Positions 58,644-64,000 of a stretch of 64,000 nt of DNA are shown one piece after another (positions within the stretch are counted from its first letter, which is position 1; each line of letters begins with the position of its first letter). A program made the position numbers and the translations under genes. The stretch comes from Nymphon striatum (lineage: Eukaryota). The stretch spans positions 502,555 through 566,554 of the forward strand of contig JABFOP010000159.1 in assembly GCA_016618385.1 (NCBI GenBank), in the 5' to 3' direction. The notes below the pieces were generated by a model. The model was not told the origin of the DNA and made no database searches. It saw only the letters and a program-made list of their open reading frames with translations.

Positions 58644-58928
58644 CACTTCACCGGGAATTGTCACCCTACTCTTGTTCGAATAGTGAAGTGGGTTCTTTAA
58701 CGTGTAGAGGGTATGGACTCTCCTTTACACGGGACCTCCATTTAACGTCCTATCCGAGGGACGGAGTATTTTCTCTCTAAAATCAGCCTACATCTAATAT
58801 CAGAGAGGAGAGTACGATAATACACAACGTAAACGGTGAAAAATGTGGCGGGGTTCGAATCAGATTCGAACCTGGGTCCTTCAGGCCCAGAATAACAATC
58901 TTAACCACTCAAGCCACCGCGTTCTCTC
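58644..58928 (-). mobile_element. tRNA-derived SINE, truncated copy abutting the LINE fragment
   Basis: ..CACTTCACCGGGAATTGTCACCCTACTCTTGTTCGAATAGTGAAGTGGGTTCTTTAACGTGTAGAGGG...GGGGTTCGAATCAGATTCGAACCTGGGTCCTTCAGGCCCAGAATAACAATCTTAACCACTCAAGCCACCGCG. Confidence 0.7.
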
Positions 58929-59814
58929 TGCTTTGGGCATGCTCATTAAAAATTTCAATCGTTTTTACATCAAATTTCTAGTTTCCTGACCAACTTTTGT
59001 TTCATGTTTTGCAGAACTATTTATTTCATTTCCAAATGACTGTACAATATTCAAGCATTTTTATTATATATTTTAAGAATATATTTACCCTAAGTGTCAT
59101 GTTAAAAATAGCATAATGTTATTGTTTTACAAATACCTTTGACCTGTAACTTCAGATCATATTTAGGACCGCATTCATTTCTAGTCTGTTTGGTAATGGC
59201 TGATTCTATTTGGTCACCATTTTTCTGTTCTATTAATGTAAATTATATGAAAATCATGTAGAATTTGATATTATATACATAATTATTAGAAATCTGTTTA
59301 ACCTTCATGTTTAATAAGGTTTATCAAAATTCTTAAACCTTTGTAAGGTTGTTCTGATTCAATTATTTGATAAACACGGTACATGTGTTACCAATTTGCT
59401 GTGATATTTTGAGAACAAATAATTCCTGTGTTATCATAACACAACTTTAATTGTTAAACACTTTATTTCTAGTTTTAATTTTATTATTTTGTTTATGTTC
59501 ATGTCTTAATATAGAAAAATGAATTTCTCTTTACACAAACATTGTATGTTTTGAATTTTCCAAATCTTGAATAATCTTTGAATAGATGGGGAGAAATAGG
59601 GTTGATCCAAGAGTCGACAAGAAAAATTGTCGAATTCAAAAAACAAGTTATGCATGCATATGAATGTTATAGAAAAGCAAGATATAAACTTAGCCTTAGA
59701 AAAGTCGAGCTAAGTAAATTCAAAATGACATCAAAAGAATCAGTTTTGTCCAATAAATGTAATGGTGCTTTTAATTTTGTTTTTTGATAAAATTGACAGA
59801 TGCTACGTATCCTA

Positions 59815-60010
59815 TATCGTTACAGCTTAGTCGAGAGGGTTTCACCTCTCCTTGAGAAATCAGTGCACTGATTTGCTGTAAGATAGGTTGGTGGTTCTTC
59901 CCTCATGCTGATTCTTTCCTATCGATAATTTCTTCTTCCTCCAACTCTTCTAAAAGTCTAAATGAAGATGAAGGACGACTCCGAATGGGCCTTAAAGGTA
60001 TCAGTTGGTC
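59815..60010. repeat. 200-bp dispersed repeat, copy 1 (copy 2 at 61671-61870)
   Basis: CTTAGTCGAGAGGGTTTCACCTCTCCTTGAGAAATCAGTGCACTGATTTGCTG..CTTTCCTATCGATAA..AAAGTCTAAATGAAGATGAAGGACGACTCCGAATGGGCCTTAAAGGTATC. Copy 2 is about 85% identical. Both copies start at CTTAG. Confidence 0.55.
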
Positions 60011-60700
60011 GTTAAACCCAACAACACAAACAAACAAATCCTATCCATATTACACGTTTTTCGTACCTCAAATATCACTAAAGTTTCAATGAGAGAGATA
60101 ACCTCAGTTTTTTTTTTTAAACGGAGGTTTTTATGAACGAATTAGCACAATATTGCTGTTTAGGCTGAGGGTTATTGTCGATGCTTGCATGAACCTTTCC
60201 TATCGATAAGCTGCATGATTCACAGTATGATTAATTTTACTTCAAATGAAATTGTAACATTTACGAAACTCACAATATTTATTTTAATTTTTAAAAAATA
60301 AACATAATTATTTGAATGAAATTTATGTTCCTGTAATTTTGAAACATTTTACATCTCAGTAATCGAAAATTCTTCTGAATAACATTGAGAAAATTATGAG
60401 AACTATCTAATATTTTGATAATTATATCTTTCCACACTCTATATATCCATTAATTATTTTACCCGGCTGTTAATTGCTCTACTCATTTCTCGTTCTTTAG
60501 TACGACAATCTATCTCTTGAAATTAAACCTGAAGAAAAACTGTTCTTTATAAAAGGTCACACCAGGCCATTTGGAAGCATAATTTTATTTACCAATAAGT
60601 TTTTGCACTTTCATCGTCTTTACCAGCCCCAACTAGTTCCACTGTTTTCAAAGCCAAAGGGTCTCCCTTCTAGATCTCCAGAGCTTAATTTATAGCTTAG

Positions 60701-61670
60701 GGCTGTTCCAGGAAAAAATGTCTAGGGAGGGGGGGGGAGAACGACGAGCTATTTTTATTTGGGGGGTGGGGGTATTTTTTAATTAAAATTTTCTTGGTAG
60801 CGGCCAAAAGATGTATTTAAATTTTTGCGGTTGTCGTTGTTTTACTCTATAAAAAAATACAAAATACAATATTTAACTATGTTTGCACTCTAGCACCTTC
60901 ATTTCTTCCTTAATCCTTAATCATATTTACAGAGAATGTGTATGACCATAAGATCTCGGATGAGTTCAATTATGGGCTTGATTGGATTAGTTCTTCCAGA
61001 GTTATGGCCCTTGATTTAACAACTAGATGCCCACGCGCAACATGTCAAACCCGCCATATGTCAAAAGGGACTAACTCCTTACCAAGTAGTGATGGGTCAA
61101 AATACACCTATTGTTAATGCAATATTTTAAATGTAATAGTCTTGGAGAATACTTTTATAAAACAGGTAATGGCCAGAATAAGATTTAAAAAAAGTTTATT
61201 CATATATCAAACGTTTCGACTCACAGAGCCATCATCAGTGAAAAATATATATTAAAACTGAAATTGATACAAAACAAAAAAAAACGGATTACATCAAAGT
61301 AGATAACGGAGTGAACAAATAAAAAAACGAAAAAAAAAACAAAAAAACAAAAAATATAAATATAATTAAAGTAAGAGCATATCAGGTGAAGGAAAAGAAT
61401 AATTTACAAGAACTATCGGCGTGGTTAATGGAGGGTTTTTCTTTAAGGATATGAAGGGTTTCAAGGATACGGAGGTCAATAAAGTTATTGGCTGAATCTA
61501 TTATTTGAAAGTTATTGATATTGATGGGGGAAGAAGGTTTGCATTTAGCTAGATTGATCTAAATTTTTTAGGTGGGGGGTGCCCAAAAAATGATTAAAAT
61601 TTGATAAGGTGGTACCCTAAAAATAGCTCGTCGTTCCTCCCCCCCTAGACATTTTTTTCCTGGAACAGCC
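60701..61670. mobile_element. TIR element (970 bp, about 100-bp TIRs with poly-G/C tracts) flanked by a 5-bp CTTAG duplication
   Basis: GGCTGTTCCAGGAAAAAATGTCTAGGGAGGGGGGGGAGAACGACGAGCTATTTTTA at 60701 is the reverse complement of TAAAAATAGCTCGTCGTTCCTCCCCCCCTAGACATTTTTTTCCTGGAACAGCC ending at 61670. CTTAG lies immediately on both sides (60696-60700 and 61671-61675). The right flank is the start of repeat copy 2. Confidence 0.55.
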
Positions 61671-62430
61671 CTTAGACGAAAGGGTTCACCTCTGCTTGAA
61701 AATCGGTGCATTAATTAGCACTGATTTGCTGTTAGGTAAGTTCTTCCCCAGTTGAATCTTTCCTATCGATAATCACTTCTTCCTCCAACCCTTTTAAAAG
61801 TCTAAATAGGAAGATGGAGAACGACTCCGAATGAGCCTTTAAGGTATCGATGGGTCGTTAAACCTAGCCCCAAAACATCATTGCTGGGTTATTGTCGTGT
61901 GGAACTTGGTGGTGAATTAAATTAAATGAATATAATAGATTTCCACTAAATTATTTATGTGATCGGTGAATACGAAATATAGGAGTTACGGTATGGCCCG
62001 CCAAAAGGAGAATAGAATATACATGTGGTAATGTGTTAGTTAATAATGTATTAACCAAAACAGTAAAAATGGTGAGGAAGAAAATATGATTTAAAATGTG
62101 TTCACAGTACGTATTTGTAATTCAAGCATTTTTTAGAAAGAAAAGAGAAAAGAAGAAAAAAAAATTCGGCGCTAGCTAAGTTTTAAAACGCGTTTTAAAT
62201 TTAAATAATAAAAAGCGCGGGGAAAACGATAACCACTTTCTGCAACTTCGGCGACGCCCTCCCGTAACGCCCTTTTTCGTCATATTACAAGAGCAATTAA
62301 ACAACAAGTCTGTTTATTCAACATGGCTGAAGAAGAATTGGAGATTAGTTCGGATTCGAATTCTATCGATATTTCCTCAGAGCTGTCTGACTTTTCTGCC
62401 GAAGATTACCTGACAGAACCTGAAGAGTCG

Positions 62431-62870
62431 GTCTAAATTGGGGCAGTTTGGGGCCATCTGACCATGCATGTCAACCCACCACAAATTTTGGTAAGTTATT
62501 GTATTTTTGTAAAGCTATTATAGTGGTCTACCATCTGAGAAAATTTCGTTCATAGGTTTTATGGGTTGAATTCGGTCAAAATTGGGGCAGTTTGGGGCAC
62601 CACAATTTTGGTAACTTATTTTTGTAAAGCCATTATAGTGGTCTACCATCTGAGAACATTTCATTCATAGGTTTTATGGGGTTGAATTCGGTTAAAATTA
62701 GAGCAGTTTGGGGCCATCTGACCTTGTCAACCCACCACAAATTTTAGTAAGTTAATTATTGTATTTTTGTAAAGCTATTATAGTGGTCTACCATCTGAGA
62801 AATTTTCGTTCATAGGTTTTATGGGGTTGAATACTGCCCAAATTGAGGTAATTTCCAGGGCCCCATTCCA
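62431..62870. repeat. tandem array, about 3.3 copies of a 125 to 145-bp unit
   Basis: AAATTGGGGCAGTTTGGGGCCATCTGACC..CCACCACAAATTTTGGTAAGTTATTGTATTTTTGTAAAGCTATTATAGTGGTCTACCATCTGAGAAAATTTCGTTCATAGGTTTTATGGGTTGAATTCGGTC recurs at 62431, 62572 and 62690, with a partial copy to about 62870. Confidence 0.65.
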
Positions 62871-63149
62871 CCAACGCCGTCGCAGCTGACCAACATTTTT
62901 GAGATCCTTGAGAAATTCTGAGTATGTTTATCTATACAAACAAATGGGATTGAATTATCCGTCACTGGCTCCTGGCCTAATAGTATGATGAATGAAAGTC
63001 TCTGGGATGTTCAGCTCGTGATGTGACGTCACACATGTATGAAGTGCAAATATGGGCGTGACAAGAGATATGGTATCGTTTTCGTGGCTCCTCCCCTTTT
63101 AGTGTTTTTGAGGTCGGATTGTAAGGAAACGGCTCATCAAGTTAATTTT

Positions 63150-63262
63150 TTTTTTTAGATAATATTGTTATATACTACCTACCAAAGACTATAGTCTTTG
63201 GTAGGTAGTATATAACAATATTTTTTTTCTCAATGCTTGTATATATATATACAAGCATTGAG
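63150..63262. repeat. two adjacent perfect palindromes (66 bp and 38 bp)
   Basis: ATAATATTGTTATATACTACCTACCAAAGACTATAGTCTTTGGTAGGTAGTATATAACAATATT (63150-63215) and CTCAATGCTTGTATATATATATACAAGCATTGAG (63225-63262) are each self-complementary. Confidence 0.6.
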
Positions 63263-64000
63263 AAAAAAAAATCACTGGCCATGACCTTTAACGCTTTAAA
63301 ATGACTAGTTTATAATATGATGGCTCTGATTGCGTCCTAGGGCTCAACATGTCCTAGACGATGGTTCTTTTAGTGTAAGTACTAGCTAAGTACCCGGCGT
63401 TGCCCGGAAGAAAGGATAAATATAGTTGCAGGATAAAGCTGGTCGATAAACTGTTGATTGTTTCAATAGGATATTCAACCATTAACGTACCTACTTATCG
63501 ATACAGATCTATTCGCCCGTGTATAGCGAACAACGCCATTTTGGCCGCCATTTTGGATTCAATATGGCGAGGATACTCAAGGCCCCTACGGCTCTCTAAG
63601 TTACATAATAATGCATCATTATGCCAAATTTCAGCGTCCTATATGTAAAGATACGTCCGTGTATAGCGATCAAACAAACGGACACTTCATTTTATTAATA
63701 AGATAACATTTTCATCGTTATTTAATCAGATGTCAAATCCCGTGTCACACAGTTTCCATGCTTTGTTTACTATGATTTTGTGCGTTTTTGCCGTACGCTG
63801 GCTTGCCCGTGTTGACCTCATAGGTTGACCTACATTAATCGCCACGAGTCTGCCCTCCACGTTTCATAACAGGTGTTTAAAAAAAAAAATGGTATTCGTG
63901 CAATGCATGTATTATGTTTTAAAATATTCTGTTGCTTTATTAATAAATAAATTCTTAATATGAATAAAGAAATTGTTAAATTACAATTCAGCTAAAATCT

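Noticed and set aside
63400-63648. ORF 63400-63648 (+) MPGRKDKYSCRIKLVDKLL...
   Set aside because: It has no recognisable domain and sits in sequence with internal short repeats (CCGTGTATAGCGAnCAA x2, GCCATTTTGG x2). It is more likely TE or UTR than coding, and a decision needs sequence past the window end.
1-64000. Prokaryotic-style features (CRISPR arrays, operons, sigma-70 promoters, rho-independent terminators, rRNA)
   Set aside because: This window is eukaryotic. It is about 66% AT, has spliceosomal GT-AG introns with polypyrimidine tracts, and carries poly-A-tailed tRNA-derived SINEs, LINE reverse-transcriptase fragments and an LTR element. The tandem repeats present (26381-27058 and 62431-62870) lack the structure of 24 to 48-bp repeats alternating with unique spacers.

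Overview
This window is eukaryotic (metazoan) nuclear DNA, not prokaryotic. It is AT-rich, shows GT-AG intron/exon structure, and carries poly-A-tailed tRNA-derived SINEs, LINE fragments, an LTR element and MITEs. No CRISPR array, operon or rRNA is present. The dominant feature is one large plus-strand gene of about 52 kb (5992 to 58010, at least 33 exons). It is a PARP4 (vault poly-ADP-ribose polymerase) orthologue, and the domain order read from the exon translations is BRCT, a PARP-regulatory-like helical region, the PARP catalytic domain, VIT, vWA, and a C-terminal MVP-binding region. Its introns are heavily colonised by transposable elements. These are a roughly 440-bp tRNA-derived SINE family in both orientations, RTE-like and CR1-like LINE fragments, a hAT C-terminal fragment, a 1.1-kb LTR element with a target-site duplication, foldback and MITE families, and a 2.2-kb TIR element carrying a PIN-like and CXC ORF. 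Upstream of the gene are a minus-strand coding fragment with tyrosine-recombinase-like motifs (428 to 1338), a tandem pair of tRNA-like sequences, a MITE and a degenerate Tc1-like element. Downstream are further TIR elements and a 125-bp tandem array. The most interesting observations concern the PARP4 gene itself. It has three tandemly duplicated exons that each encode a ribosomal-P-stalk-like acidic tail motif (SSEDDMGFxIF). It has an RS-dipeptide exon. It has a nucleoporin-like FG-repeat exon (SGFSFGSGPPQQQ) that carries a frame-breaking 662-bp internal tandem duplication. It has inverted intronic repeats flanking the VIT exons. All coordinates are from manual reading and exon boundaries are approximate to a few nucleotides.
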